Under the pieces are notes generated by a model, which saw only the letters and a list, made by a program, of their open reading frames with translations, was not told the origin of the DNA and did no database searches. From Octopus vulgaris (Eukaryota), in the NCBI GenBank assembly GCA_951406725.2, contig OX597824.1, positions 72,168,001 through 72,232,000 on the forward strand: a stretch of DNA of 64,000 bases, read 5' to 3'. This document shows, in pieces, positions 50,999-63,620 of this stretch; positions within the stretch are counted from its first letter, which is position 1; each line of letters opens with the position of its first letter. The position numbers were made by a program, and so were the translations under genes.

Positions 50999-51553
50999 GC
51001 CCTGATGCAGTACCAGGCAGTGGCTCTCATGGCTTCTGATCTTAACTGATTGGAAATGTTATCAGGTACATTGTTTTGTCTTGGTATAAAAGATGGGCTA
51101 CAGCAAATATTCTGCTCATTACCACAGATTTGCTTGTCAGTTGTTTGACCTTAACCAGTTGAGCATGTCCCTTAGTGGCTGACGATATGTGCATCTCTGA
51201 TCACGAGCAGAAGTAGTGGAGGAGCATGATAGCCATGTGTTGAGAGGAATTCTTTGGGATTTGAATAATTCACCTCTGGAAACATGGGTGTTTCGTTCAA
51301 CATCCTTAAACAACCCTTATTCAGAGACCTTTTGAGCAGGATAGCTTACTCAACCAGAAGAAAATTCTAATTAGGCCCCACCTGCAAGGTCATGTGCTGT
51401 TTATCTTGATATAAGCTCACCATGTCGCGCACATATGGTTGTGATGCATGTGCCTAGTGTACCCTTATCAGATGGGTAGTCATGATGGATATACTGGGCT
51501 TTGTATATTTTACCCCAGTGTCACTTTGATGGCATGCACTGCTCTCTCACTCA
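50993..51553. mobile_element. Unclassified ~560-bp insertion inside (AAT)n
   Basis: Complex sequence bounded on both sides by perfect (AAT)n; no ORF, TIR or tRNA head recognised. Confidence 0.45.
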
Positions 51554-51581
51554 ATAATAATAATAATAATAATAATAATCA

Positions 51582-52007
51582 GCCTTTCTACTATAGACAC
51601 AGGGCCTGAAGTTTGCAGAAAGAGGGTAAGTCAATCACATTGATCTCAGTACTCAACTAGTACTTATTTTATCAACTCTGAAAGGATGAAAGACAAAGTC
51701 AGGCCTGGTGGCATTTGAACTCAGGACGTGAAGACAGACGAAATACCGATGAGTAATTCACCCAGCGTGTGAACAATTCTGCCAATTCACTGCCTTCAAA
51801 TAATAATAATAATAATAATAATAATGGTTTCAAAAGTTGCCTTAAGGGCAGCAATTTTGAGGGAGGGGACGAGTCTATTACATTGACCCCTAGTGAGCCT
51901 GAAAGGATGAAAGGTAAAGTCAACGTCGGTGGAATTTGAACTCAGAATGTAGCATCAGGTGAAATTCTGCTACGCATTTTGCCCAGTGTACTAACGATTC
52001 TACCTTC
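51582..52007 (-). mobile_element. Two family B SINEs in (AAT)n
   Basis: B motifs separated by (AAT)n. Confidence 0.8.
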
Positions 52008-52386
52008 AAATAATAATAATAATAATATCTTCCTTCTTAGGTTAATACTTGTCAACTAATGGGGTCGATACAGTTGTTTCTTCACTCTCCCAACCTTTGT
52101 GTCTTTGCATCAATATTCAAAAATTAATGTTCTCTATGGGAAAAAAAAAACAACCTTAACAAAAGAACTTATAAATTTATTGTCCCGCCACCCAGTTGTT
52201 CTTTAATGTTGCTAATTTTTTTTTTATTATGCTGTAAAGCTTTGATGAGTTATAAATAATTTTTGTAATGATTATGTACATTTTTCTGTGTACATAATAC
52301 CAGTCACATCTGTTTTGTGATATAGTTATACACTGAACATAGCAACAGTCATACATAGACACAAATATACACACATACCAGGCATA

Positions 52387-52421
<35 letters not shown>

Positions 52422-52444
52422 ACACACACACATACACACACGCA

Positions 52445-52468
52445 TTCTTATTTGTTTCTCAGGTGAGT
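52445..52468 (+). promoter_or_regulatory. Candidate recursive splice site (3'ss immediately followed by 5'ss)
   Basis: TTCTTATTTGTTTCTCAG|GTGAGT, with AG at 52461-52462. Confidence 0.4.
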
Positions 52469-52619
52469 CAACCAAGTGTGTGTGTTTCTACACAAGTATG
52501 TGTATATACACTTAATATTTTACTCAAACGTGAGTTTATGTACATGTAGTATAACTATCTATCTGTCTTTTCTCTCTCTCTCTGGCTCTCTTTCCCACTT
52601 TTACTCTTTCTCTTTCCCT

Positions 52620-52691
<72 letters not shown>

Positions 52692-53046
52692 ATGATGTAC
52701 ACACACACCCATGCACACAGTTATAAACACTTTTATGGATGAATAGCTTTATAGACATATACATACACAATGATATAGTTATATTGACATATCTAGGTAT
52801 ACTTAGGTAGATAGTATATTTTAAAATTATATAAACATTCAGAAATATTTTCTATAAAATGTAAGAATTAATTGCCTCCTTTGCCATTATCGTCATCAGT
52901 ACGCAATAAAATGTCTTGCTATGGGACATTTTCCTTGTCTACTTCCCTAGGGAACTGGAAGACATTCCAATCAAAGCATTCTCATGACTTTTAACACCAC
53001 CTGAATCTCGATTCATTCCTTTCAGTTGTTTAGTATAAAACACACA

Positions 53047-53083
<37 letters not shown>

Positions 53084-53199
53084 TCAAAATGAATTGTGTT
53101 GACTGTCTTTTGGTTTTTAGGTTCAAAATTTCTTAGTACAATGTCATTAACATTCTTACACAAACACGCCAACATATGCAGACACACACATATGTATAC

Positions 53200-53265
53200 A
53201 TACATGTCTCTCTGTGTGTGTGTGTGTGTGTGTGTGTGTATAGATAGATAGATAAGAATGTGTGT

Positions 53266-53301
<36 letters not shown>

Positions 53302-53385
53302 GAATGTGTGTATAGATAGATAGATAGATAGATAAGAATGTGTGTGTATAGATAGATAGATAGATAGATAAGAATGTGTGTATTT
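53200..53385. repeat. Higher-order microsatellite [AAGAA(TG)nTA(TAGA)n]x4
   Basis: Directly visible. Confidence 0.85.
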
Positions 53386-54787
53386 ATGCAAGCATGTCTG
53401 AGTGGGTTTGTATGCATTGATATATGTACATTCTTGTGATATGAAAATATGCTTTTTACATTGCCTTATAACTTACACCTTGCACACACATATACACACA
53501 ACCTTGCAACATTCACATATATGCATATATCTACGCAACACATAGACGGACACCTTATTAAAAAAAATATAATAAATAAATAAATAATACAATAATTGGT
53601 ATTTAACTTGAAAAATAAGCAAAACCTGATAAACTTCCAGTTACGAGAGAAATCTTGTCAGTCTAGAACATTCGAATGTGTCTCCCACTCTTTATTGCTG
53701 TTGTTGTTATTTAAGTCAGTATGTATCCTTATATTCCAGTGTGTGTTGGCAGAAGTTGTATGACTGAGTGGATATGGTGATATATTGACTAGCAATTCTT
53801 AGATTTTCAGTTCAAATGAAGATATTGCATTGAATTAAATACTCCTGATTTTATGTACCTCAATTTCATTCATCTAGAAATTTGAGATGATAGTCCCCTA
53901 TTTCTCAACAAATATTACTACTATCCAGGAGTTAGGTATCTATCTTGTCTGCTGACCAGGTGACTCTTAAAAGTCCTTTGGAGCATAAGGTGATGTTTTT
54001 TTATGTTTCTGTGCTTAGCTTAAGTGAGGTGTTACTAAGGTTTCATTTTATGTCTTTGATTTCACCTGCAGAACATACGCCTAGTTGCTGTAAAAGTCTT
54101 TAAACTTACAGACATGTGAGGCTGAAGCTTATCTGGATTTTCAAGGCATTTGCAGAAGGCTCCCTCTTGAATGTAATGCTAGTCCCACTATAAGGTTAAT
54201 GCCCAGGTGCCACTGATAGTCATTTTCAGTTGAGTTTACTGGAACAATATGAAATGAAATGCCTTGTTTTAGGATATATTAAAGAATACATAAACTGCTT
54301 CCTTATGAGCTAAACACATACCAGGAGACAGAGTAACAAGATATTGGATGGATCCCCAAATGCAAAACCAACAGCATTTTAAAGGTTGTAGAAGGGTCGC
54401 ATAAGTTCAGTTGAGATACAGAATACAATTTAGACAAGTAAACACAAATAGGAGCTGTTTGGTTTGAGAATTTAACCCACGACTTTATGACTGTGAGCCC
54501 AACATTTTAACTTTTAGGAAAATGTAATTGTTGACTTCTAATCCTTCACCTGGGTAACTGGAGCTATCATACAACTGATTGTATTGTTATTGTAAGGTAA
54601 CACCTGAAGTTTGAAGAAACTGGTAGTGGTGTGCTTCAGCAACAGTTAATTAAATCAAATATAAGTCACTAAAATTTATCAGTAATTTACATTTTCCAAC
54701 CTGTGGCATTTGAGACATTCAAAGCCTAAACTTCTGGGATGGAAGTTTTTGACTTTGTTTGAGTTTCCCATTTCACTGATGTATTAG

Positions 54788-54850
54788 AGAATGCTCTGTG
54801 AGGATGCCTGGCTGCTGCCGTTCTTCAGCGTTGTTATCTGCAGTAATGTT
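54788..54850 (+). other. Candidate 63-nt symmetric (phase 2-2) cassette exon
   Basis: TTAG|A GAA TGC...GTA ATG TT|GTGAGT; open as ECSVRMPGCCRSSALLSAVM; locally GC-rich; TGCATG at 54930 and 55048. Acceptor is weak. Confidence 0.3.
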
Positions 54851-56427
54851 GTGAGTGTTTTGGATTGCCTCAGAAATTTTACAGGGAAAATACCAGTGTC
54901 CCATGGCATAATGTATAATCAAAGGAGTGTGCATGCTTCTTTATTTATTTTTATTTTTATATTGTTGTTACTTCCATTTTTATTTACTTGTCTAAATATG
55001 GTTCGTTTTTTTTGTTTTTTTTCGATAAATAAAGTTTGTCCACATTCTGCATGTCAATTGAACTTGCCACAAACTCTTCCAAAAGTTCTGAAATGCTATT
55101 AGTTTTGTGTTTGGAGATCCCTTCCACCTCTTCCTCCTTATCTCCTGGTTTGTATTGCCCTCACAAGAAGGCAGTTTATGTATTCATTAAGAACTGAAAA
55201 TTACAGCTGTTGTATGTTACCAGTGAAGGCAGTTTATTGTCAGCAGACATGGTAGAATGGTCACTTAATTGTCTTGCTATATTTTGTTTCAGCTGTCTAA
55301 ATTTTGCGTTCAAATTTTGCTGAGTTTATTTTTGATATCTTCTGGAATTATAAAGTAAGTACCAGGCATATACTGGTTCAGTTACCTCTACTAATCATTA
55401 CATGATTATAAAATTTAAAACAACAGAGCACCCATAACTTTTGAAAATATTTTTCCATGCTCAGAATTGTCAAAGCATGGAATTAATTACTTGCATCAGT
55501 TATTAGCTGTCAGGACATTGCAACCTTCAAAAATTTTATGGTTCCCAATATTTGCCAACACTACTCCTGACATATATATGCACCCTTCCATCTTAATGAG
55601 TTTTTTTTATATTCATTTTTCTGTCTTCTTGTGTTTTATTCTGTGTGCTGTGAGTGTATTTCTGGCTTTTATTGCTATCTTTCCTTACCTATATGACTGC
55701 TTTCTTTCTTCTCTCTTAACCTTTTCCAACAAAATTTAATGCACCTGAGTACTGTACACAATGGGCTCCCTTATATAAATTTTAAAAAAAATTAAGGTAG
55801 AATTGTTAGTCCCCCCCTCCCCAAAAAATATTCAGCAGCATTTCTTCATTTTCACATTCTGAGTTCAAATTCCGCCGAGGTCGACTTAGCCTTTCATCTT
55901 TTTGGGGATGATAAAATAAGTATAAGTTGAGCACTGGGATTAATGTAATCAACTAGGCCCTCTGCACAAAATTTCAGGCCTTATACCTATGGTAGAAAGG
56001 ATCCTTCTTCTTCTCCTTCTTCTTCACCCCACTCCACCCCATCCATCCATTTTCTGTGTTGGCATGGTTGGACAGTTTGACAGGAACTGGCAAATGCCAG
56101 AGGTCACACCAGGTTCCACGGTCTATTTAGGCTTTGATTCCAGTTTTATTACACTCTTCCACCTACAAATTTAGGGTCTTAGTTTCAATATAGGGTTGCA
56201 TTAGATGTTACTGAGAGATTGGAAATCCAAGCAAAGAGCAGGGAGATGCAGCTACATGTAAAATAAAGCTCCTTCCAAACATAGAAGCAATATGGTGAAG
56301 TATTGTATTGCAAACACTTCCTACCCAGGATAACCTGGCAAAATAAATACACATAAGAGGATAATGATTAGGTTAGATGTCAACGAGAGTGGTGATAATA
56401 AATAATTCTTTCCCTTTTTCTTTTCAG

Positions 56428-56470
56428 GACAACTCATTTGAAAGAGGAAAATGATCGAAGATTGAGAAAC
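56428..56470 (+). CDS. LMO7: Coding exon of the LMO7/LIMCH1-like protein (CH domain), phase 2 to phase 0
   Basis: TTCTTTCCCTTTTTCTTTTCAG acceptor and AAC|GTAAGT donor. Completes AA+G (K), then TTHLKEENDRRLRN, matching LMO7 KQEETDRRVKN; phase-compatible with exon 13400-13512. Confidence 0.9.
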
Positions 56471-56742
56471 GTAAGTTGTACCTTCTTGATTTTATGTCAA
56501 AACAGTTGGTGTGCCTCTTAGTTTCATTTCATTTATAAAAAAAAAATTAAATAGGTAGATAGACAGATAAATAGATGGTTTTTTTGTAGGTATATATTTG
56601 TTTGTGTGTATGTATGTATGTATATATATATATATATATATATGTTCTTAAAATTTAAATCCACATCTTTGTCTGTATATCTACCTTCTCTATAATGTTG
56701 CCACTTGATTTGAAAATTTTTGTATTAATGGAAAACCTCTAT

Positions 56743-56833
56743 AATTGGCTGATGAGTACTCAGCATCTTAAATCTGTTGTAATACTTACAACATTTAATA
56801 AAATGATGTAGTACGAAACGGTCGTACCAAATT
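56743..56833 (+). ncRNA. Type-I hammerhead ribozyme, intact core, sense to the host pre-mRNA
   Basis: AAUUGG-CUGAUGA(56749-55)-GUACU...AGUAC-GAAA(56815-18)-C-GGUC-GUA^CCAAAUU. Stem II is extended by UGUUGUAA/UUACAACA; predicted cleavage after 56826. Confidence 0.8.
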
Positions 56834-56910
56834 GCCGGAATCATTCTTGTTGCTTATTTTGATTATATATATATATATATAAGTAGATACTAGATAGTGT
56901 ATATACATAT

Positions 56911-57262
56911 AGGTGCAGGTGTGGCTGTGTGATAAGAAGCTTGCTTCCCAACCACATGGTTCTGAGTTCAGTCCCACTGCATGGCACCTTCGGCAAGTGT
57001 CTTCTACTATAGCCTTTTAAGTGGATTTGGTAGATGGAAACTGAAAGAAGCCTGTTATGTATGTGTGTGACTTTGTGTCTGTTTGTCCCCCACCACCGCC
57101 TGACAACCAGTATTGGTGTGTTTACATCCCTGTAACTTAGTGGTTCACCAAAAGAGACCAATAGAATAAGTACCAAGCTTAAGAAGAAATAATTAGTGGG
57201 GTTGATTCATTCGACTAAAATTCTTCAAGGCCAGAGTCTAATGACTGAATCAGATAAAAGAT
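56911..57262 (+). mobile_element. SINE family A
   Basis: Head/body/tail motifs. Confidence 0.8.
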
Positions 57263-57752
57263 ATACACATATAACCACATATACATACATGTATATGTGT
57301 TTTAATATGTACCCTTAACTTGACATCATTGTCATAAAAGTGATGTTATTTTTTTTCAGTCCTCTGTGAAAAACATTTCTGGTCATGAGACAATATTCTT
57401 TTCTAGGCACGAGGCCTAAAATTTTTGTGTGTGTGTGTGGGGGGCAGTTGATTAGATCGACTCCAGTATGCAACTGGTACTTAATTTATTGACCCTGAAA
57501 GGATGAAAGGTAAAGTTGACCTCGGTGGAATTTGAACTCAGAATTTAAAGACAGACGAAATACCACTAAGCATTTTGCCTGGCGTGCTAAACATGAGGCA
57601 ATATTACCATGCTTATAAACAGGTGACAGGAAGGACAATTGGCCATAGAAGAATCTGCTTCAACAAATTCCATCTGACCCATGCAAAAATGGAAAAGTAG
57701 ATGTATGATATTCTATACTAGTCACAGCTTATGTATAAATGTATTTGTTGTC

Positions 57753-57800
<48 letters not shown>

Positions 57801-57862
57801 AATATTATTCCAATCTTACAGGGAAAAATTCAATTTAGAAATACTAAATCAAATTTCACAAA

Positions 57863-57908
<46 letters not shown>

Positions 57909-58719
57909 TTAGAAAAAAAACACCTTTTATCAATTCAACAATGAAAAAATTAAATTATACCATATAGAAAAAAATTACATCTTATAGAAAAATTAAATAT
58001 AAGATAAAAACATATACCAATGATTAAGTAATGTGCAAAATAATAAATAAAATGTATATATTTGGTAGAATGACTACACGTATATATATATATATAATAT
58101 TTAAAAAATAAGTAGCTGTTCAATAGAATCTGTAATGGAATGTAAAGTGTTTTGTTAAAATGTGTCATCATAGCTAAATTGAGATGAATTTGACTGGATT
58201 TCATTGATCTTGACCTCTTTGATGAAAGGTGTGACTGAAATTGGTTGTAGATGCTGCACAGTTGACTGGACATTCACTGTTATGGTTTTATTTAGCTGTG
58301 GACAGACTAATTGGTTATACAGAACAGCTGTAGAGGCTGTGGAGAACAGACTGTAGTAGTACACAGTGTTATTACTGTTACTTGGCTTTGCTGGTGAGAT
58401 TGGATTTCTTCTCAGTCTGGTTGTATAGATTTTGGACAATATTTGACTATGGAACTCGCATTATGTGTACCAGTGTAAAATTTTCTTTTTTCCAAAACCA
58501 AAATAGTTGCGCACATAACCAAGGTAGTGAGAAATATATTTGAAATTTTACACTCAGTTTTAATTTTTTTTCCTCCCTCTCAGTAACATACACATACATA
58601 GGCACACATGCATGCACACACACACACACACACACAGAGAAAGAATTAAATAAACACATTTGCACAAGCATATATAGAAACATAGATCTATGTATCTGTC
58701 TGTCTGTCTCTCTCCCTTC

Positions 58720-58787
<68 letters not shown>

Positions 58788-59394
58788 ATGAGAGAAAGAG
58801 AGAGAAATTAATGTAAGCTTAAAACTATCAAAATTGTATACATATTTATCTAGTGTATATATTAAAGACACACACTTGTAGGTTTACCTTGTATTTATTT
58901 ATTTATCATAATGGTTTGTAATGTTTTTCATCATCATTTAACATTCATGTTTTTATGCTTGCATGTGTCAGGTTATACACACATACACATGCACAAATGT
59001 ACACACACAGACACACATGTATGTACATTTGTGTATAATTCATATTAATAAAAACGAAAAATTCTTAGTTTGGCATGAAATGAATTGGGGGCTCAAACAA
59101 AAATATAATGAAAAAAATATGCTTGGTTGTAAGTTTGATACTTGTTGTTCCACCAGATTAAGAAGAGTAATTGCCACTGCTCCTGTTATACACAAATACG
59201 GATAGATACTGAATTCTTTACAGAGCACTTCATATAAATTTTATACTGTAAAAAAATTTTTTTAAAGTTATAAAAATGGAATTGGCAAGCAGCAACTGTA
59301 AGCTTCTACATCTACAAATTTAGATTTATTGCAACATTAAACATGTTTTTTTGTTGCTGTTTTTTTTGTACACATCATCATCCCTGTTGTTTTA

Positions 59395-59822
59395 GCATCC
59401 ATTATTTTCATGCTAGTATGGTTCATGCATAATTAAAGCAGGTTTTCTACAGTGGGCTGCCCTTCTTGTTTTGCAACCCTCACCTGTAATATTTCGTCTT
59501 ATGGCCAAGCATGTCTTCCACAGAAGATTGGATTGGACATGAATGGCACCATTTGTATGACAGTGACACTTATTTACAACCATTGTAATCTTAAGACTAG
59601 CAAATATGCATGCACACATACACACACATATGCATACATACATACTGCATATACATATATATGGTGGGCTTCTTTCAGGTTCCATCCACCAAATCTACTC
59701 ACTAGGCTTTGGTGAGTCTGGAGCTGTAGTAGAAGATGCTTGTACAAGGTGCTACACATTAGGACTGAACCCAAAACTACATGGTTAAAAAGCAAGCTGC
59801 TTAACCACACAGCCATGCCTGT
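59395..59822 (-). mobile_element. Composite SINE (A head + E-type tail)
   Basis: Same organisation as 14730-15180; inverted relative to 61585-61975. Confidence 0.7.
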
Positions 59823-60099
59823 GACTTAAATTTGTTAATTCATTTGCAGCAAAGTATATTGACCAGAGCTGCTCACATGTACATGTCTGTTTATATATTT
59901 AGATATTTTGTATATTTGTGCATGTACATACGTGTGTGTGAGTGTGTGTGTGTGTGTTATATTAGCTATGATATTAAGGTTCTGAATTATTAACCACATC
60001 AATACAAGTTTTCAAAACCTTACTATAACCATTGTGTTATATCCCTGACTGAAATACATTTAAAATATTTGTGTATTTTAATAACCCAGACATGGGTAT

Positions 60100-61430
60100 C
60101 CTGCAGCATACAGGATTTTATGAATGGCAGGCCTAACAAAATAAAATAACTTCAAAATTTTTCTTTTAGAAGTGCAGCCTGCCTGATAATGTAACCATGT
60201 CTCGTGCAGTCTGTTTCTTGATGAAAATTGCCCTTGTCTGTCATAAACAATAACCTCATTGGACAGCTGAGCTCAAAAGTAGTTCATTGATTTGTGGCTT
60301 CTTTGAAGATGAGACTGATAAGGTGTTTGTGCACTGGACATTTGATAGCTTGTACTGATATAATTTTAGCTTCTGGAGGAGATCTCCTGCTCACCACCTT
60401 TTATACAGATAGGTAGAGAAAGGTGGTCTCCCTTGATTTTGACATCATGAATCAACACAGTGTATTGAAGTGTGAATGTACTGGTTTTTGTGCAAGTATG
60501 TCCTTCATATTGTTGTAGCACTATAGCTCAATTCTAGTTAGATGTAGCACATATGCATTATATGAAACACTGTTTTTGTAGTAACACAATCCTGTGATGT
60601 AGTTGTTGTTGTTAAGCAACAAGACGGGTAAGGGTGATTAGGTGATGATCTAGGGCTTAGGGACAGGAGACCCCAGACTTTGGAAAAAAAAAAAAAACTT
60701 TGGTCGTCTTGTTGTAGTCGAGGGATCTTCATTGATGCCCAACACCACTGGGAGGTGACCCTCAAAGTCGCTGGAAATGGAGATCTCCAGGTCCAAATTC
60801 TTGAACGGCTCCTGTGATATATGTAGGCCATTAACAGTGACATGTTGACATCTTCTGTTCCATCAACTTTGATTAACAGAAATGTTTCTTCTGGACCGAG
60901 TTAAGTAACTGTACTATATAAAATATTCATCAAAGATAAACAAGTGTCCTCCATGATACCTTGAGATTGGGCTTTGTTGATGCTGTTTTTTCCATATCGA
61001 GTTTTTATATTTTACATTGCACTCTGAGCATCTTGTTGTCTATGATTACATATAAAATGTCTCAGTTTACAATTCCTAAAGTGCAGTTGATGATTTAATG
61101 AACATATATGTTTTCCTTTATAAAACCATTGCTTTACAGCTCTGCAGTTTGATATCTCTTCTGAGCTCACTTTCTGTTAAGCTGGTTTTAATAAAGTTAT
61201 TTTCACAAGCTATCTTACTGGTGCAAAAGCATGAAGTCATCAGTATACAGATATAATTTGTGGCCACAGATGTTAGTTGGCAAGATCATCTTCACCAGTA
61301 GTTTTTATCCTGAGTAGTAATGTCCCCTTGGGTTCATTGTGAGCTCACAAGAGAGTGGAATATTTCATGAGGTTACTATAAGTGGGCACTGGTGTTGAAA
61401 AAGGTCCTGTATTTTCTTAGAAATAAGATA
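60100..61430 (-). mobile_element. Highly degenerate LINE RT fragment
   Basis: Minus-strand TQGD (~61320-61335) and LYLYTDDFML (~61230-61258) at RT-like spacing; many stops; extent uncertain. Confidence 0.4.
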
Positions 61431-61584
61431 TTTAAACTAGATTCAATATCTATGTTTTAAATACATTTTTAAAAGAAAAAAAATATCTTTGTCCAAGTCT
61501 AAATGAGTCAAATGTTGTGTTATCAGTGAGCAGAAACGTGACTGGTGATCTGCCAAGGTCCAATGTAATTTCAGTGTGTTGATG

Positions 61585-61975
61585 CAGGCAAGGCTATGTG
61601 GATAAGAAACTTGCTTCTCAACCATGTGCTCTCAGGTTCAGTCCCAGTGGATGGCACATTGTACAAGCATCTTCTACTAGAGCCTTGGGGTGACCTAGGA
61701 ACCAAAAGAAGCCTCTGTGTGTGTGTGCGTGTGTGTGTGTGTGTGAGTGTGAGTGTATGTGCATGCTCACTCTTGTTTTGGTATCATGTGATGGTTGCAA
61801 ATGAACTTCACTGTCTTACAAGTGTTTGAAAAACATGTGTCCATGGGAAATACTACCTTGCATAGAAGCAAGTGAATGTTGACAATAGGAAGGACATCTG
61901 GTCATAGAAAATACGCCTCAACTAGTTCTGTCTGACCATGCAAGCATGGAAAAGTTGATATTAAATGAGGATGGT
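61585..61975 (+). mobile_element. Composite SINE (A head + E-type tail)
   Basis: As 14730-15180. Confidence 0.7.
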
Positions 61976-63394
61976 GACAAAGTCCTTACCTTATTTAGTA
62001 ATTTCAAGAAAAAGTTTTATAAAAGGGGGTACTTACAAATCCATGCAAATCATTTCAAGCTAGATGGGATAATAAACTACTGTGCAAAATTAGCTTCACT
62101 TCATTTAGAATAAGGTTTGTTTTTGTTTTTTCCTTTCTGTTTTACAAAACATGTGAAGGGCTGTTCATAAAATGCCATGCTTAGAATGCAGCAACTGAGC
62201 TAAAAAGACAAAAAAAAGGATGGAGGGAGCCACTGATCTACACTAACTAAGAATGAGATTTGGCCAAGTATTGAAGCTTGTGGGACTGATGCATTGATAA
62301 TGATAGACCAGAGGGTTGACACAAAAGAGTGACTTTAGTCAGTGTCCCATTAAGGTACTTTGGGAACCACCTTTGCTATAACTTTTGATCGCACTAGTTG
62401 TCCTAGCAAGCAAAAAGAATCATGATCCACACCTACTTCATGGTTGAGTGGTTTATGATTGGAAGTGTATTCAACTATGAAAAATCAATTGTGCCAACAG
62501 AAAAACTATCCCACCCATGAAAGGATGTGAAAATCAATGTAAACACAACAAAAAGTGTGTGTGCATATATTTTACACACACACACACATGCACATGCAAC
62601 TGCTGTAGTCATGAGCAGAACTGCAGACTAGACCAGCTTCTCCTTTATACAACTTAGTCCTCTTATCACCTGGAACCATTTCACATTTGTTATTCATTTT
62701 TCATTCTTAATACTGTCCTCTCCACCCACATTTTACATTGATTGCTTGCCTGAGCCACCAAATTATCTCTTCTCCACCACCGTAAGTCTCCCTTTCCCCT
62801 CCATTTGTTGTCTGCCTTACATGCTTGCAACCTACCTAACCACATATCATCATTCTCTCTGTCTCTCTCTTATTCCTCTGAATACCATATTATTACTATT
62901 CTGCTCTTCACTGCCACCCACTCCATTTTCTGCACTGTCAATCATCTCTCCCGTACATCCCCCAGCTCATTGGTCACACTTCAGCCTCCTCCCCACCTGG
63001 AGCCAGCCCTATTTCTACAGTTGTCTCTCTTCTTTATACCCCTACTTATCATTCCTTGACAGTTGTGTTCCATGATCTTCACCCTCTCACCCATTCCCTA
63101 CCTCTAACCATCCCTCATTCTCCCATACATTCTTGCCACCTCTACTGATTCACACTTCCTGTTTTTCTGTCCCCTCCCATTTCTACTCACCTCATATCTC
63201 AAGGATTTACTCTAATACCTCATCTCTTTCCAGCATCACCCCACCCTCTTTCACCCTCTCTTCTGAAATGTGAATTTCTATGAAACTCCCCTACAGCAAG
63301 AAACTTGATTTGTTCTGTCCCTTTCTTCCTCATTTTAACCCTTCATCCCATAGCATAAAGCTGCCTCCCACCTAACTGAATCATCACTCAATTG

Positions 63395-63620
63395 AGAGGT
63401 CTTGTCATGTGAGTTACTTGGTGACCTTCTTTGTGCTGGTGCCACAAAAAAAGTACCCAGTACACATTGTAAAGTAGTTTATGTTAGGAAGGACATCTAG
63501 CTGTTGAAACCATGCCAAAACAGACATAGGAGTTCAGTGCAGTCCACTGGTTTGTCAGTTCTTGTCAAACCATTCAATTTATCCCAGCATGGAAAATGGA
63601 CACAAAAAAATGATAATGAT
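63395..63620 (+). mobile_element. Degenerate SINE family E preceded by a C/T-rich tract
   Basis: GTGCTGGTGCCAC.AAAAA..ACCCAGTACAC...TTAGGAAGGACATCTAGCTG...GCATGGAAAATGGAC. Confidence 0.65.

Noticed and set aside
52835-52902. Minus-strand CUGAUGA...GAAAAUAUUUC motif
   Set aside because: Stem II base and stem I are poorly paired; not counted.
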